From positions 67,604-131,603 of the forward strand of contig DAIRTN010000004.1 of the NCBI GenBank assembly GCA_036803865.1: DNA of 64,000 nucleotides. Direction: 5' to 3'. This DNA comes from Luminiphilus sp. (lineage in GTDB: Bacteria; Pseudomonadota; Gammaproteobacteria; Pseudomonadales; Halieaceae). The translations under genes and the position numbers were made by a program. Shown here piece after piece: positions 1-10,918 of the stretch. The notes beneath the pieces were generated by a model. The model saw only the letters and a list, made by a program, of their open reading frames with translations. It searched no databases and was not told the DNA's origin. The first letter of the stretch is position 1, and each line of letters opens with the position of its first letter.

Positions 1-55
1 GACGGACAACTTTGCAGTTGCGACATACCTTTTTAACTGAAGCTCTTACTTTCAT
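1..55 (-). CDS. rpmJ: 50S ribosomal protein L36 (N-terminal part; gene runs off the window start)
   Basis: The reverse complement of 1-55 reads ATG AAA GTA AGA GCT TCA GTT AAA AAG GTA TGT CGC AAC TGC AAA GTT GTC CGT = MKVRASVKKVCRNCKVVR, the canonical L36 N-terminus. It lies directly downstream of secY, as in spc operons. Confidence 0.85.
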   Translation of the reverse strand, partial: MKVRASVKKVCRNCKVVR

Positions 56-71
56 TTTCCGCTCCTGAAAC

Positions 72-1397
72 CTAACGCAGCCGGCCGGCGGGACCGGTAT
101 TGGCCAGGTTGGCTTTCTTCATCACACCTTCGTACTGATGTGACATCAAATGACTTTGGACTTGGGCCATGAAATCCATCACGACCACTACCACGATCAG
201 CATCGACGTACCGCCTAAGTAGAACGGCACGTTAAACATGACGACGAGAAACTGCGGAAGCAGACAAACTAACGCGATATAGGCAGAGCCAAACACAGTC
301 AGTCGGGTCAAAACGCCGTCGATGTAATTCGCGGTCTGCTGTCCGGGACGTATTCCCGGTACAAAGGCGCCAGAACGCTTCAAATTATCAGCAACCTCAA
401 CCGGGTTGAACATCAACGCCGTATAGAAGAAGCAGAAGAAAATAATAAATCCAGTAAACAACATTATGTTCAGAGGCTGACCAGGGCCGATCGCAACAGC
501 GAGGTCTTGAAGCCAGTCCGCACTGTCGCCGCTTCCAAACCACTGCGCCACAGACGCTGGGAACAACAGAATCGAGCTCGCGAAAATTGCTGGAATCACG
601 CCCGACATGTTCACCTTCAGTGGCAAAAAGCTTGATTGTGCCTGAAACGACTGACGCCCCTGCTGCCGCTTCGCGTAGTTAACGGTAATCCGCCGCTGCC
701 CACGCTCAATGTAAACCACCAAATAAATGACGGTAATAGCGAGAGCAACAATAGCCAGTAACACGAGAATATTTAACTCTCCTTGGCGCGCCTGCTCTAA
801 CGACTGTCCAATTGCAGCCGGAAGCCCGGCGCAAATACCCGCGAAGATCAGGAGCGATATACCGTTGCCAATACCACGCTCAGTGATTTGCTCCCCAAGC
901 CACATCATGAACACCGCGCCGGTAACCAAGGAAGTAATGGCAATAACGAAAAAGCTAAGGGAGTTATCGAAAGCTAATCCCTGGTTCGCCAAACCTACGG
1001 TCATACCTGTACCCTGCACGAATGCGAGCACAACGGTGAGGTAGCGGGTGTATTGACTAATCTTGCGACGACCCGACTCGCCTTCTTTCTTCATTTGCTC
1101 GAGTTGCGGTGTCACCGCTGACATTAACTGCATGATAATGGACGCAGAAATGTAAGGCAGAATACCGAGCGCGAGAATACTCATGCGCTCAAGAGCACCA
1201 CCTGAAAAAACATTGGCCAGCCCAAGAATGGTTCCCTGGTTTTGATCAAAAAGTGCCGCCAGCTGCTCCGGATCTATTCCCGGGACTGGAATGTGGGTAC
1301 CGATCCGATAAACGATCAATCCCAACAATACAAAACGGAGACGGGCGAAAAGCTCGCCCATCCCAGCATTGTTCATTGACGGCATGCCATTGGCCAT
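72..1397 (-). CDS. secY: Preprotein translocase subunit SecY
   Basis: 441-aa polytopic membrane ORF with conserved SecY segments ([26 protein letters not shown]). It sits between rplO and rpmJ. Confidence 0.96.
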   Translation of the reverse strand: MANGMPSMNNAGMGELFARLRFVLLGLIVYRIGTHIPVPGIDPEQLAALFDQNQGTILGLANVFSGGALERMSILALGILPYISASIIMQLMSAVTPQLEQMKKEGESGRRKISQYTRYLTVVLAFVQGTGMTVGLANQGLAFDNSLSFFVIAITSLVTGAVFMMWLGEQITERGIGNGISLLIFAGICAGLPAAIGQSLEQARQGELNILVLLAIVALAITVIYLVVYIERGQRRITVNYAKRQQGRQSFQAQSSFLPLKVNMSGVIPAIFASSILLFPASVAQWFGSGDSADWLQDLAVAIGPGQPLNIMLFTGFIIFFCFFYTALMFNPVEVADNLKRSGAFVPGIRPGQQTANYIDGVLTRLTVFGSAYIALVCLLPQFLVVMFNVPFYLGGTSMLIVVVVVMDFMAQVQSHLMSHQYEGVMKKANLANTGPAGRLR

Positions 1398-1399
1398 AA

Positions 1400-1846
1400 T
1401 TACGCCTCGACGCTGCCGCCGGCTGCTTCGATAGCCTCACGAGCACCTTTTGTGACCGCGAGACCCTTGACGTTAACCGCCTTATCGATAGTACCTGACA
1501 GGAATACACGCGCACGCAGCACGTCGTCCTTAACTAGGTTAGCCGCCTTGAGCGAATCCAAATCGATAGTCTCGCCGTCAACGAGGTTTAGCTCGTGCAA
1601 ACGCACCTGGGCAGTAGTACGACCAATACGAGAGGTAAAACCGTACTTAGGCAAACGCTTCTGAAGTGGCATCTGGCCGCCTTCAAAACCCGGACGAACT
1701 GAACCGCCAGAACGCGCCTTCAAGCCCTTGTGGCCTCGACCCGCTGTCTTACCAGTACCAGAACCGATGCCACGACCCACGCGCTTAGCGTCTCGCTTGG
1801 CGCCCGGCGCTGGGCTCAGATTGTTTAATCGCATTTCATCAGCCAT
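1400..1846 (-). CDS. rplO: 50S ribosomal protein L15
   Basis: 148 aa with the L15 signature [23 protein letters not shown] lies 8 nt upstream of the ATG at 1846. An internal Met at 1834 would mimic the E. coli N-terminus but has no SD. Confidence 0.94.
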   Translation of the reverse strand: MADEMRLNNLSPAPGAKRDAKRVGRGIGSGTGKTAGRGHKGLKARSGGSVRPGFEGGQMPLQKRLPKYGFTSRIGRTTAQVRLHELNLVDGETIDLDSLKAANLVKDDVLRARVFLSGTIDKAVNVKGLAVTKGAREAIEAAGGSVEA

Positions 1847-1850
1847 TAGA

Positions 1851-2033
1851 TTAGTCCTCTACCTTAATGAGGTAGTTAACCTTGTTAATCATGCCACGTA
1901 CGGACGGAGTATCTTCAACCTCTACCGTGTGACCTATTCGGCGTAAACCCAAACCTTTTACGCAAGCCTGATGCTGCTTTAAGCGACCTGCCGTGCTTCT
2001 AACCTGGGTAACTCTAATTGTTGCCTTACTCAT
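1851..2033 (-). CDS. rpmD: 50S ribosomal protein L30
   Basis: 60 aa, [13 protein letters not shown]..., at the canonical spc-operon position between rpsE and rplO. Confidence 0.94.
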   Translation of the reverse strand: MSKATIRVTQVRSTAGRLKQHQACVKGLGLRRIGHTVEVEDTPSVRGMINKVNYLIKVED

Positions 2034-2050
2034 GACTACGGGCTCCAGCC

Positions 2051-2572
2051 TCAGCTGAGGATCTCTTCAACAGTCTTACCACGCTTAGCCGCTACCGCAT
2101 CGGGAGACGTCATATCGCGAAGACCGTTATAGGTTGCACGTACGACGTTTACCGGATTGGTAGAGCCGTAGCATTTAGCGAGAACGTTGTGTACGCCCGC
2201 TATCTCAAGAACAGCACGCATCGCGCCGCCAGCAATTACACCAGTACCCTCAGAAGCAGGCTGCATGTACACCTTTGAGGCGCCGTGATTTGCCTTCACA
2301 GGATACTGGAGGGTGCCATCGACCAGCTCAACGCTAATCATGTTACGACGCGCAGCTTCCATTGCCTTCTGAATAGCAACTGGGACTTCACGTGCCTTAC
2401 CACGGCCGTAACCAACGCGACCCTTGCCGTCACCGACAACAGTGAGCGCAGTGAAACTCATGATACGTCCACCTTTTACAGTTTTCGCAACACGGTTGAC
2501 CTGGACCAGCTTCTCCTGAAGATCACCTTCAGTACGCTGATCACCCTGCTTTCTTTGATCGTTAAAAGCCAT
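2051..2572 (-). CDS. rpsE: 30S ribosomal protein S5
   Basis: 173 aa with the S5 core [38 protein letters not shown]. Confidence 0.96.
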   Translation of the reverse strand: MAFNDQRKQGDQRTEGDLQEKLVQVNRVAKTVKGGRIMSFTALTVVGDGKGRVGYGRGKAREVPVAIQKAMEAARRNMISVELVDGTLQYPVKANHGASKVYMQPASEGTGVIAGGAMRAVLEIAGVHNVLAKCYGSTNPVNVVRATYNGLRDMTSPDAVAAKRGKTVEEILS

Positions 2573-2575
2573 ACC

Positions 2576-2926
2576 TTAAAACTCCAATCCGCCTTCACGC
2601 GCGGCGTCAGCCAACGCTTTAACACGACCGTGATACTTAAACCCAGCTCGGTCAAAAGCTACCCCAGTAATGCCCGCAGCCTTTGCACGCTCTGCGATCA
2701 ACTTGCCGACCGCTGATGCGGCGTCGATATTGCCGGTTACGCCACCACGTAGGTCTTTATCCAATGTCGACGCACTCGCCAGCACCTTGTCGCCTTCAGG
2801 AGAAATTACCTGAGCGTAAATATGACGGGGTGTGCGAAACACGGTAAGGCGGGTCGCACCGCTTTTACGCATACGCATACGCGACTTACGGGCGCGACGC
2901 AGACGTGATTCAGTTTTATCGTTCAT
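2576..2926 (-). CDS. rplR: 50S ribosomal protein L18
   Basis: 116 aa with a basic N-terminus ([14 protein letters not shown]) and an L18 core, in spc-operon order. Confidence 0.95.
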   Translation of the reverse strand: MNDKTESRLRRARKSRMRMRKSGATRLTVFRTPRHIYAQVISPEGDKVLASASTLDKDLRGGVTGNIDAASAVGKLIAERAKAAGITGVAFDRAGFKYHGRVKALADAAREGGLEF

Positions 2927-2938
2927 TGCCCTACCTAC

Positions 2939-3466
2939 TTACTTCTTCTTGGCTTCTTTGCGCCGCACATGCTCATCGGCGTAACGAATACCTTTGCCCT
3001 TGTATGGCTCTGGGGGACGGAAAGCGCGGATTTCCGCAGCCGCCTGGCCCACAGCCTGCTTGTCGATACCCTTGATCACGATTTCAGTCTGGGTAGGTGT
3101 CTCAACTGAGAGACCTTCAGCCAGTTCGTAATCAACGTTGTGCGATAAACCTACTGTCAGATTGACAGTCTTGCCCGTCGCCTTGGCTCGATAACCAACG
3201 CCATTGAGGACGAGCTTCTTCTCCCACCCCTCAGTGACGCCAATGACGATATTGTTCAGCAACGCACGTGTCGTTCCCGCGATGGCACGCTTTGTGTCAA
3301 AGTCATAAACGATAGACGCTTGCCCATCTTCAACTTTGACTTCAATACCATCAGCCAGAGCCATTTCCATCGCGCCCTTGCCACCCTTTACAGACACGTT
3401 ACTGCCATCGATTTTGACATCGACGCCTTTTGGTAACGTGACCGGATTATTTGCAACTCTTGACAT
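2939..3466 (-). CDS. rplF: 50S ribosomal protein L6
   Basis: 175 aa, [17 protein letters not shown]..., with the C-terminal [11 protein letters not shown] motif. Confidence 0.96.
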   Translation of the reverse strand: MSRVANNPVTLPKGVDVKIDGSNVSVKGGKGAMEMALADGIEVKVEDGQASIVYDFDTKRAIAGTTRALLNNIVIGVTEGWEKKLVLNGVGYRAKATGKTVNLTVGLSHNVDYELAEGLSVETPTQTEIVIKGIDKQAVGQAAAEIRAFRPPEPYKGKGIRYADEHVRRKEAKKK

Positions 3467-3495
3467 AACTCAGTCTGCTCTTCAGATACGTCGAT

Positions 3496-3891
3496 TCAGA
3501 ATACGGTGCAGAGAATTTCGCCGCCAACACCCGCAGCACGGGCAGCGCGGTCGGTCATCACACCATGTGAAGTTGAAACGATGGCAACACCCAATCCACC
3601 GCGAACCTGTGGCAGCTCACCCTTACCGGCGTAGCGACGCAGGCTTGGCTTACTGACACGCTCAATTTCAGCGATAACGGGCTTTCCATCGAAATACTTT
3701 AATTCAATCGACAAACGTGGCTTGACAGTGGTGTTGTCAACATCAAACGAAGCGATGTAGCCCTCTTCCTTCAATACACTGGCCAACGCTGCCTTAATTT
3801 TTGAACCGGGCATTTCGACGAACTTCTTGCCTGCCATTTGCGCGTTACGCAACCGGGTCAACATGTCGCTGATAGGATCCTGCATGCTCAT
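3496..3891 (-). CDS. rpsH: 30S ribosomal protein S8
   Basis: 131 aa. [17 protein letters not shown] is the conserved S8 N-terminus. Confidence 0.96.
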   Translation of the reverse strand: MSMQDPISDMLTRLRNAQMAGKKFVEMPGSKIKAALASVLKEEGYIASFDVDNTTVKPRLSIELKYFDGKPVIAEIERVSKPSLRRYAGKGELPQVRGGLGVAIVSTSHGVMTDRAARAAGVGGEILCTVF

Positions 3892-3906
3892 AAGTAATCT
3901 ACTCCG

Positions 3907-4212
3907 TTACCAGCTGGACTTAACCAGGCCCGGTACATCGCCGCGCATCGCTGCTTGACGCAGGATATTTCGGCTCAACCCAAACTTTCGATAAACGCCA
4001 TGTGGACGCCCTGTGATCTGACAGCGACGACGCTGGCGCACGGGACTAGAGTCGCGTGGAAGCTTCTGCAGTTTGATCTGCGCTTCCCACTTCTCGTCAT
4101 CACTTGACGAAACGTTATTGATGATCTGCTTCAGTTCGGCGCGCTGTGCGGCGTACTTAGCAACCAACTGAGTGCGCTTTGCTTCGCGCGCTATCATTGA
4201 CTTCTTGGCCAT
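3907..4212 (-). CDS. rpsN: 30S ribosomal protein S14
   Basis: 101 aa, long-form S14 ending [12 protein letters not shown]. Confidence 0.95.
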   Translation of the reverse strand: MAKKSMIAREAKRTQLVAKYAAQRAELKQIINNVSSSDDEKWEAQIKLQKLPRDSSPVRQRRRCQITGRPHGVYRKFGLSRNILRQAAMRGDVPGLVKSSW

Positions 4213-4225
4213 TACTCTTTACCCC

Positions 4226-4765
4226 TCAGCCCTTGAACGGGAAGTTGAACGCACGCAACAACGCACGACCTTCGTCATCGGTTTTCGCCGATGTGGTAAT
4301 GGTGATATCCATACCGCGCAGCGTATCCACCTCATCGTAATTGATCTCGGGGAAGATGATCTGCTCAGTCACACCCATCGCGAAGTTTCCGCGACCATCA
4401 AATGACTTGGGGCTAACGCCACGAAAGTCACGAATACGTGGGATTGCAATGCCAATGAGACGCTCGAGAAACTCGTACATACGCTCATCACGCAAGGTGA
4501 CCTTACAACCAATCGGCCAGCCATCGCGAATCTTGAAGCCCGCAATCGACTTGCGTGACTTAGTCACGATGGGCTTTTGGCCGGCGATCTTGGTCATATC
4601 CGCCAGTGCATTTTCCATAATTTTCTTGTCACCAACTGCCTCACCAACGCCCATATTTAGGGTGATCTTGGTGATACGTGGTACTTCCATAACGTTAGCT
4701 AAGCCAAGCTCTTCTTTAAGAGCCGGTGCGATCTCGCTACGGTACTTTTGCTTCAGGGTTGCCAT
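4226..4765 (-). CDS. rplE: 50S ribosomal protein L5
   Basis: 179 aa, L5-type sequence ([20 protein letters not shown]), in spc-operon order. Confidence 0.96.
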   Translation of the reverse strand: MATLKQKYRSEIAPALKEELGLANVMEVPRITKITLNMGVGEAVGDKKIMENALADMTKIAGQKPIVTKSRKSIAGFKIRDGWPIGCKVTLRDERMYEFLERLIGIAIPRIRDFRGVSPKSFDGRGNFAMGVTEQIIFPEINYDEVDTLRGMDITITTSAKTDDEGRALLRAFNFPFKG

Positions 4766-4795
4766 TTTTCGCTACCTCGTGCGCCAAGCAGATGC

Positions 4796-5113
4796 TCAGG
4801 CGTCAATCACTTCGCCGCTAGATTTGTAAACGCGTACTTTCTTGCCATCTTCTTCGATACGATAGCCAACGCGGTCTGCCTTATTGCTGCTCGGGTTAAA
4901 GATTGCAATGTTAGACGCCTGAATCGAGGCCTCCTTCTCTACAATCCCACCGGCGATGCCAGCTTGGGGGTTAGGCTTGGTGTGCTTCTTGATCATGTTG
5001 ATGCCAGAAACCATCAAACGACCATTATCGAGCACCTTCCGCACGGTACCGCGCTTGCCCTTATCCTTGCCGGTTAACACGACCACCTGGTCGTCACGCT
5101 TAATCTTCGCCAT
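4796..5113 (-). CDS. rplX: 50S ribosomal protein L24
   Basis: 105 aa with the KOW motif [13 protein letters not shown]. Confidence 0.95.
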   Translation of the reverse strand: MAKIKRDDQVVVLTGKDKGKRGTVRKVLDNGRLMVSGINMIKKHTKPNPQAGIAGGIVEKEASIQASNIAIFNPSSNKADRVGYRIEEDGKKVRVYKSSGEVIDA

Positions 5114-5137
5114 TACTAATTCCTCTCTGCCTGTCGC

Positions 5138-5506
5138 TCAGATGACTTCTGGCGCCAGGGAAATGATCTTCATGAACTTGTCACCGCGAAGTTCACGAGT
5201 CACCGGGCCGAAAATACGAGTGCCAATCGGTGCGTCTTGGTTGTTCAACAGCACTGCAGCATTCTCATCAAACTTTATAAGAGACCCGTCGGGACGGCGC
5301 ACACCTTTTCTCGTGCGTACCACGACTGCTGTCATTACCTGACCTTTCTTAACCTTGCCACGCGGAATCGCTTCCTTGACAGTAACCTTAATAAGATCAC
5401 CGACGCGAGCGTAACGACGCTTAGAGCCACCAAGCACCTTGATGCACATAACACGGCGCGCGCCACTGTTATCGGCGACTTCCAAATACGACTGGGTCTG
5501 AATCAT
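5138..5506 (-). CDS. rplN: 50S ribosomal protein L14
   Basis: 122 aa with N-terminus [17 protein letters not shown]. Confidence 0.96.
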   Translation of the reverse strand: MIQTQSYLEVADNSGARRVMCIKVLGGSKRRYARVGDLIKVTVKEAIPRGKVKKGQVMTAVVVRTRKGVRRPDGSLIKFDENAAVLLNNQDAPIGTRIFGPVTRELRGDKFMKIISLAPEVI

Positions 5507-5554
5507 CTCTATACTCCAATCTGCGGCTCGTGCCGCACATGGCTTCTCAAATAG

Positions 5555-5821
5555 TTAAATTTGAGCAGCCTTCTCAACAACTTCAACCAACGCCCATGTC
5601 TTGGTCTTTGACAAAGGACGTGACTCCGCAACAAGAACCATATCGCCCATACCGGCGATGTTATTCTCATCGTGCGCGTGTAACTTTGAGGAACGGGTAA
5701 TGTACTTACCGTAAACGGGGTGTTTTACACGACGCTCAACCATCACAGTGATGGTCTTATCCATTTTGTCACTTACTACGCGGCCCTGTATCTGGCGCGT
5801 ACGCTTTTCTGTCGATCCCAT
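5555..5821 (-). CDS. rpsQ: 30S ribosomal protein S17
   Basis: 88 aa, [31 protein letters not shown]. Last gene of the S10 operon. Confidence 0.95.
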   Translation of the reverse strand: MGSTEKRTRQIQGRVVSDKMDKTITVMVERRVKHPVYGKYITRSSKLHAHDENNIAGMGDMVLVAESRPLSKTKTWALVEVVEKAAQI

Positions 5822-6015
5822 TAGCCTTCTACCTTCTGTTGAAGCACGGTCTTTACTCGGGCAATGTCTTGCTTTGTCTGCTTGAGTAGATGAGATTGAC
5901 CCAGCTGCCCAGTTGATTTTGCCATGCGCAGCTTAAATTGCTCTTCTCGCAACTTAAGCAGTTCGGCGTTCAGCTCTTCCGCTGACTTTTCACGCAGTTC
6001 ACTCGCTTTCATCAC
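5821..6015 (-). CDS. rpmC: 50S ribosomal protein L29
   Basis: 64 aa. Its start overlaps the rplP stop (6012-6015) and its stop abuts the rpsQ start. Confidence 0.94.
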   Translation of the reverse strand: MMKASELREKSAEELNAELLKLREEQFKLRMAKSTGQLGQSHLLKQTKQDIARVKTVLQQKVEG

Positions 6016-6425
6016 ATCACCGACCGTTTAACAAACGTGGTTTGCACTGGGAGCTTGGATGCTGCGAGGGCAAATGCCTCGCGTGCCAGTTCCTCAGACA
6101 CACCTTCAACTTCATAGAGCACGCGACCTGGCTGAATCTGAGCCACCCAGTATTCAACGTTACCCTTACCTTTACCCTGACGTACTTCCAACGGCTTACC
6201 TGTAATCGGCTTGTCGGGGAAAATACGAATCCAGATCTTTCCGCCACGTTTGATGTGACGAGTCATAGCACGACGAGCCGCTTCAATCTGACGAGCCGTG
6301 ATACGACCACGCCCCGTTGCCTTGAGTGCGTACTCGCCGAAGCTCACCTTACTACCGCGCTCTGCCAGGCCACGATTGCGACCCTTCATCATCTTGCGGA
6401 ATTTTGTGCGTTTTGGTTGCAACAT
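6012..6425 (-). CDS. rplP: 50S ribosomal protein L16
   Basis: 137 aa with N-terminus [19 protein letters not shown]. Confidence 0.96.
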   Translation of the reverse strand: MLQPKRTKFRKMMKGRNRGLAERGSKVSFGEYALKATGRGRITARQIEAARRAMTRHIKRGGKIWIRIFPDKPITGKPLEVRQGKGKGNVEYWVAQIQPGRVLYEVEGVSEELAREAFALAASKLPVQTTFVKRSVM

Positions 6426-6446
6426 TATTCAGTCCTCTAACCGGGC

Positions 6447-7118
6447 TCAGCTGGCCGCTGCGCGACGAGGCTCTTTAGCTCCATCGGCATCGCCAATTAC
6501 TTCGCCTTTGAAGATCCACACTTTGACGCCAATAACGCCATAAGTGGTATGCGCTTCGTAAGTCGCGTAATCAATATCGGCACGTAATGTGTGCAACGGC
6601 ACACGACCTTCTCGGTACCACTCGCTACGCGCAATTTCCGCGCCACCAAGACGACCACCAACCTGCACCTTGATACCTTCGGCGCCCTGACGCATAGCGT
6701 TTTGCACTACACGCTTCATCGCACGACGAAACATCACTCGGCGCTCGAGCTGCTGAGCTACGTTTTGCGCGACCAAACGAGCGTCGAGATCTGGCTTACG
6801 AATCTCCTCGATGTTGATATGCACAGGCACACCCATCATCTTGGTCAACTCTTGACGCAGCTTCTCCACGTCTTCGCCCTTCTTACCGATAACGATGCCC
6901 GGACGCGCAGTGTGAATGATCACGCGCGCTGTTTGAGCAGGCCGCTCGATAACCACGCGGCTAACCGAAGCTGCGTCGAGCTTGCGAAGAATATACTCGC
7001 GTACCGCAAGGTCGCTGATAAGATTCTTCGAATAAGTGCTGCTATCGGCATACCACACTGAGTTGTGGTCTTTGACCACACCGAGGCGAATACCCGTTGG
7101 ATGTACCTTCTGACCCAT
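6447..7118 (-). CDS. rpsC: 30S ribosomal protein S3
   Basis: 223 aa with N-terminus [20 protein letters not shown]. Confidence 0.96.
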   Translation of the reverse strand: MGQKVHPTGIRLGVVKDHNSVWYADSSTYSKNLISDLAVREYILRKLDAASVSRVVIERPAQTARVIIHTARPGIVIGKKGEDVEKLRQELTKMMGVPVHINIEEIRKPDLDARLVAQNVAQQLERRVMFRRAMKRVVQNAMRQGAEGIKVQVGGRLGGAEIARSEWYREGRVPLHTLRADIDYATYEAHTTYGVIGVKVWIFKGEVIGDADGAKEPRRAAAS

Positions 7119-7130
7119 GCGCCAGTCCCC

Positions 7131-7469
7131 TTAGCCTTCGCTGTCCGCGACTTTCACAGTAATGTGACAAGTACGCTTCAAAATTCGATCTCCACGACCC
7201 TTTGCACGCGGACGCATGCGCTTCATCGTGAGGCCTTCATCGACAAAAATCGTCGATACACGCAGCTCATCAACGTCTGCGCCATCATTGTTTTCCGCAT
7301 TAGCGATTGCTGAGTTAAGCACCTTGCGTACCATGTGGGCCGCTTTTTTGGTACTGAACTCGAGCAGGCTAAGCGCCTCTTCTACCGGCATGCCTCGCAC
7401 CTGGTCGGCGACCAGACGGGCTTTTTGCGCAGAGATGCGCGCGCCGCGAAGTTTTGCTGATACTTCCAT
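7131..7469 (-). CDS. rplV: 50S ribosomal protein L22
   Basis: 112 aa, [17 protein letters not shown]..., in S10-operon order. Confidence 0.95.
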   Translation of the reverse strand: MEVSAKLRGARISAQKARLVADQVRGMPVEEALSLLEFSTKKAAHMVRKVLNSAIANAENNDGADVDELRVSTIFVDEGLTMKRMRPRAKGRGDRILKRTCHITVKVADSEG

Positions 7470-7490
7470 CGTCTCTATCTCCGCCAGGCC

Positions 7491-7766
7491 TTAGCGCTTG
7501 GCTTTCTTGTCAACAATGTGACCCTTAAACGTACGGGTCACGGCAAATTCACCTAACTTATGCCCCACCATGTCCTCGTTAATGCTAACCGGGACGTGCT
7601 GGCGACCATTGTGAACCGCGATTGTGAGTCCGACCATATCGGGCGAAATCATTGAGCGTCGCGACCAAGTCTTGACGGGTCGACGATCGTTACTCTCAAC
7701 CGCAGCCTCTACCTTCTTCAGAAGGTGCAGGTCGATGAAGGGGCCTTTTTTTAATGAACGTGGCAC
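7491..7766 (-). CDS. rpsS: 30S ribosomal protein S19
   Basis: 91 aa with N-terminus [19 protein letters not shown]. Confidence 0.96.
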   Translation of the reverse strand: MPRSLKKGPFIDLHLLKKVEAAVESNDRRPVKTWSRRSMISPDMVGLTIAVHNGRQHVPVSINEDMVGHKLGEFAVTRTFKGHIVDKKAKR

Positions 7767-7791
7767 TGTTAAGTCCTCTTTCCTTCAGCGG

Positions 7792-8619
7792 TTACTTCTT
7801 GCCACGACGGCGAACAATAAAGCCGTCGGTGCGCTTATTTTTACGGGTCTTGTAACCCTTCGTAGGCACGCCCCATGGTGTAACTGGATGACGACCGCCC
7901 GAAGTACGACCCTCACCACCACCGTGCGGGTGATCAACCGGGTTCATGGCAACACCACGAACAGTTGGGCGAACACCACGCCAGCGAGCTGCACCCGCCT
8001 TACCAAGCTTACGCAAACTGTGCTCTGAGTTAGAAACCTCACCAAGCGTTGCGCGACAGTCAACGGGCACTTTTCGCATCTCGCCTGAGCGCAAGCGGAT
8101 CGTGGCGTACTGACCTTCACGAGCGACCAGCTGCACTGACGCCCCTGCAGAGCGCGCAACCTGAGCACCCTTACCGGGCTTGAGCTCAATTGCGTGAATC
8201 ACAGCACCCACTGGGATGTTGCGAATAGGCAAGCAATTACCTGCCTTAATGGGTGCTGCGGAACCTGAGTACAACGTGTCGCCAGCCGAAACACCTTTGG
8301 GGGCGATAATGTAACGACGCTCACCATCGGCAAATAACAACAACGCAATATGCGCTGTACGGTTTGGGTCGTACTCGAGACGCTCTACAGTCGCTGGAAT
8401 ACCGTCTTTATTGCGCTTAAAGTCAATAACGCGGTAGTGCTGCTTGTGTCCGCCGCCAATGTGACGAGTTGTAATGCGTCCATTGTTGTTACGGCCGCCA
8501 GACTTGGACTTTTTCTCCAAGAGCGGCGCGTGAGGACGACCTTTATGCAGCTCATCGTTCACTACGCGTACGTGGTGACGGCGGCCTGCTGATGTCGGTT
8601 TACTCTTTACGATTGCCAT
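7792..8619 (-). CDS. rplB: 50S ribosomal protein L2
   Basis: 275 aa with [26 protein letters not shown]. Confidence 0.96.
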   Translation of the reverse strand: MAIVKSKPTSAGRRHHVRVVNDELHKGRPHAPLLEKKSKSGGRNNNGRITTRHIGGGHKQHYRVIDFKRNKDGIPATVERLEYDPNRTAHIALLLFADGERRYIIAPKGVSAGDTLYSGSAAPIKAGNCLPIRNIPVGAVIHAIELKPGKGAQVARSAGASVQLVAREGQYATIRLRSGEMRKVPVDCRATLGEVSNSEHSLRKLGKAGAARWRGVRPTVRGVAMNPVDHPHGGGEGRTSGGRHPVTPWGVPTKGYKTRKNKRTDGFIVRRRGKK

Positions 8620-8633
8620 GACAAATCGTCCCC

Positions 8634-8930
8634 TTAGCTCAGTGCAGCAAAGTCAATGTCCTGACCTTGCTCCAAACGTACATAGGCTTTTTTCCACGTC
8701 GGCTTGGTAGACATGCCGAAACGGTTGCGCTTGCTCTTACCCTTTACACGGAGAGTTCGCACGTTATCAACCTTGACCTTGAACAACTGCTCAACAGATG
8801 TCTTGATCTCGATTTTTGTTGCGTCCAACGCTACTTTGAAGACGTACTGATTGGCGTCTTCTGCCGCGATGGCAGCCTTCTCGGACATATGTGGCCCGAG
8901 GAGAATTTGGAATACACGCTCCTGGTTCAC
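8634..8930 (-). CDS. rplW: 50S ribosomal protein L23
   Basis: 98 aa. Its start overlaps the rplD stop by 4 nt. S10-operon order. Confidence 0.94.
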   Translation of the reverse strand: MNQERVFQILLGPHMSEKAAIAAEDANQYVFKVALDATKIEIKTSVEQLFKVKVDNVRTLRVKGKSKRNRFGMSTKPTWKKAYVRLEQGQDIDFAALS

Positions 8931-9544
8931 GCTAGGGCCTCCTCAAATTTCTTGACCGCATCAACCGTCATTATCACCTTCTTAAAGGCAATAAGGCTGA
9001 CCGGATCAACACCGTCGACATCACGAACATCGACCTGGTGTAAGTTTCGCGCCGCCAGATACAAGTTCTTATCGACTTCACTGCCTACGATCAGTACGTT
9101 CTCGACACCAAACCCTTTGAGCGCCTCAACGAGCAGCTTAGTCTTGGGCTGTTCGACATCAAAGCTCTCAACGACCATCAAGCGATCCGTGCGCGCAAGT
9201 TCAGACAAGATAGAGCGCATCGCAGCGCGATACATTTTCTTGTTAACTTTGTGCGAATGATCCTGAGGTGAAGCGGCAAACGTTACGCCACCAGAACGCC
9301 AAATTGGCGAGCGGATGGTGCCTGCACGTGCACGACCAGTACCCTTCTGTCTCCAAGGCTTGCGTCCACCACCCGCCACATCTGCGCGGTTCTTTTGAGC
9401 ACGCGTACCCTGACGAGCACCTGCTAAGAAAGACGTAACCACCTGATGAACGAGAGACTCGTTATATTCACGGGCAAATGTGCTATCGGATACTGAGACA
9501 GTACCTGCATCACCTGCGCCGGGCTTAACTACACTTAATTCCAC
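8927..9544 (-). CDS. rplD: 50S ribosomal protein L4
   Basis: 205 aa with [18 protein letters not shown]. Confidence 0.95.
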   Translation of the reverse strand: MELSVVKPGAGDAGTVSVSDSTFAREYNESLVHQVVTSFLAGARQGTRAQKNRADVAGGGRKPWRQKGTGRARAGTIRSPIWRSGGVTFAASPQDHSHKVNKKMYRAAMRSILSELARTDRLMVVESFDVEQPKTKLLVEALKGFGVENVLIVGSEVDKNLYLAARNLHQVDVRDVDGVDPVSLIAFKKVIMTVDAVKKFEEALA

Positions 9545-9555
9545 AGCCAGCCCCC

Positions 9556-10191
9556 TTAACCTTTAACCGTTGGACGAACAATAACTTCGCCACCGGGCGC
9601 ACCTGGTACCGCGCCTTTGATAAGCAGCAAGTTGCGCTCAACGTCGACTCGAACCACTTCGAGACCTTGCGTAGTGACACGCTCGGAACCCATGTGGCCA
9701 GACATCTTTTTGCCCTTGAATACACGCCCAGGCGTCTGACACTGTCCGATCGAGCCAGGAGCACGGTGTGACAGAGAGTTACCGTGAGTCGCGTCCTGAG
9801 TACTGAAATTCCAGCGCTTAATAACGCCCTGGAAACCCTTACCCTTAGAACGGCCTGCCACGTCAACAATCTGACCTTGCTCAAATCGCCCAACAGTCAG
9901 CTCTGCGCCGATCTCAAAAGTCTCGTCCAAACCGTCAAGGCGGAACTCCCACAGGCCTTCGCCGGCAGCAACGCCTGACTTGGCAAAATGCCCAGCCTGA
10001 GCCTTTGATACTTTTGAGGCCTTGCGACTACCCGCTGTGACCTGAATTGCTCGATACCCATCGGTCTCGAGCTCTTTGATTTGAGTGACGCGGTTTGGAG
10101 CTACTTCCACTACGGTCACTGGAACTGATACGCCTTCATCGGTAAAGACACGTGTCATACCCGATTTACGGCCGACTACACCAATAGTCAT
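9556..10191 (-). CDS. rplC: 50S ribosomal protein L3
   Basis: The tracked ORF starts at a GTG (10206). The ATG at 10191 gives [16 protein letters not shown], matching the conserved L3 N-terminus, with GAGG 9 nt upstream. 211 aa. Confidence 0.93.
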   Translation of the reverse strand: MTIGVVGRKSGMTRVFTDEGVSVPVTVVEVAPNRVTQIKELETDGYRAIQVTAGSRKASKVSKAQAGHFAKSGVAAGEGLWEFRLDGLDETFEIGAELTVGRFEQGQIVDVAGRSKGKGFQGVIKRWNFSTQDATHGNSLSHRAPGSIGQCQTPGRVFKGKKMSGHMGSERVTTQGLEVVRVDVERNLLLIKGAVPGAPGGEVIVRPTVKG

Positions 10192-10323
10192 GGCTTTAAA
10201 CCTCACAGTGTACGGGGCTATACCCTCTATGGCCGCCCCTATAAAGAGAGGACACTCAGTGAGTAGCCGCCCCTATACGAACGTTACACGCCCCAACATG
10301 GGGCAGGTCTTACTAAATTGTTG

Positions 10324-10635
10324 TTAACCTAGGCTGATTTGAACTTCTACACCAGCAGCGAGGTCAAGCTTCATCAATGCGTCAACTGTTTTTTCAGTTG
10401 GCTCAACGATGTCTAAGAGGCGCTTGTGCGTGCGAATCTCATACTGATCACGGGCATCTTTATTGACATGCGGCGAGGTCAGAATAGTGAACTTCTCTTT
10501 CTTAGTGGGCAGCGGGATTGGACCACGGACCTGAGCACCAGTACGTCGAGCTGTTTCAACAATCTCTTCAGTTGAGGCATCGATCAACTTGTGATCAAAG
10601 GCCTTCAAACGAATACGAATACGCTGGTTTTGCAC
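10324..10635 (-). CDS. rpsJ: 30S ribosomal protein S10
   Basis: A GTG at 10635 preceded by AGGAG gives (M)[18 protein letters not shown]..., 103 aa as in E. coli. The 146-aa tracked ORF is an upstream read-through artefact. Confidence 0.93.
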   Translation of the reverse strand: MQNQRIRIRLKAFDHKLIDASTEEIVETARRTGAQVRGPIPLPTKKEKFTILTSPHVNKDARDQYEIRTHKRLLDIVEPTEKTVDALMKLDLAAGVEVQISLG

Positions 10636-10693
10636 AATACATCTCCTAAAAAGCCGGCGCTCCGCAAAGGGGGCCCCGTAAAAAAGAGGGCGA

Positions 10694-10722
10694 ACTATAG
10701 TCATGAGACCTAATGCTGTCAA
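10694..10722 (-). promoter_or_regulatory. Sigma70-type promoter of the S10 operon
   Basis: The minus strand reads TTGACA (10722-10717), a 17-nt spacer, then TATAGT (10699-10694), followed by the GC-rich discriminator tcgccctc. It lies about 50-60 nt upstream of the rpsJ start. Confidence 0.6.
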
Positions 10723-10870
10723 CTCTCTTTTAGTCTTTATTGCTGAGTTTCTAGCTTTTGCCAAAAACTGCCACTTTGAAAACGAGGGAGCGACTTGCGT
10801 GTGGCGGTATTTCTCTGAAGCTCAGAAGTGAGAGACCATAGATAACACCCACAAGTGGCGGCTTATACGT

Positions 10871-10895
10871 AAAAAAAAGCCCGCACAAGGCGGGC
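10871..10895 (-). terminator. Rho-independent terminator after tufA
   Basis: The minus strand reads GCCCGC-CTTGT-GCGGGC followed by TTTTTTTT, 24 nt downstream of the tufA stop. Confidence 0.85.
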
Positions 10896-10918
10896 ATTTA
10901 GTCGATTTTCGCAATCGT

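Noticed and set aside
10636-10686. An L4-responsive attenuator in the S10 leader, as in E. coli.
   Set aside because: The leader here is only about 50 nt. It contains a GGGGCCCC palindrome and a GC-rich stretch followed by UUUUU, but I could not fold a convincing terminator hairpin by eye.
10636-10764. N-terminal extensions in the ORF track: rpsJ to 10764, nusG to 27099, rplA to 25849, rplI to 60184, rplC to 10206, ugd from 49170, ettA from 53008, the rimB-like gene from 50455, and the yrfG-like gene from 35530.
   Set aside because: In each case a downstream start reproduces the conserved family N-terminus and has an SD. The extension would overlap the upstream gene, a promoter, or the antisense of a neighbour.
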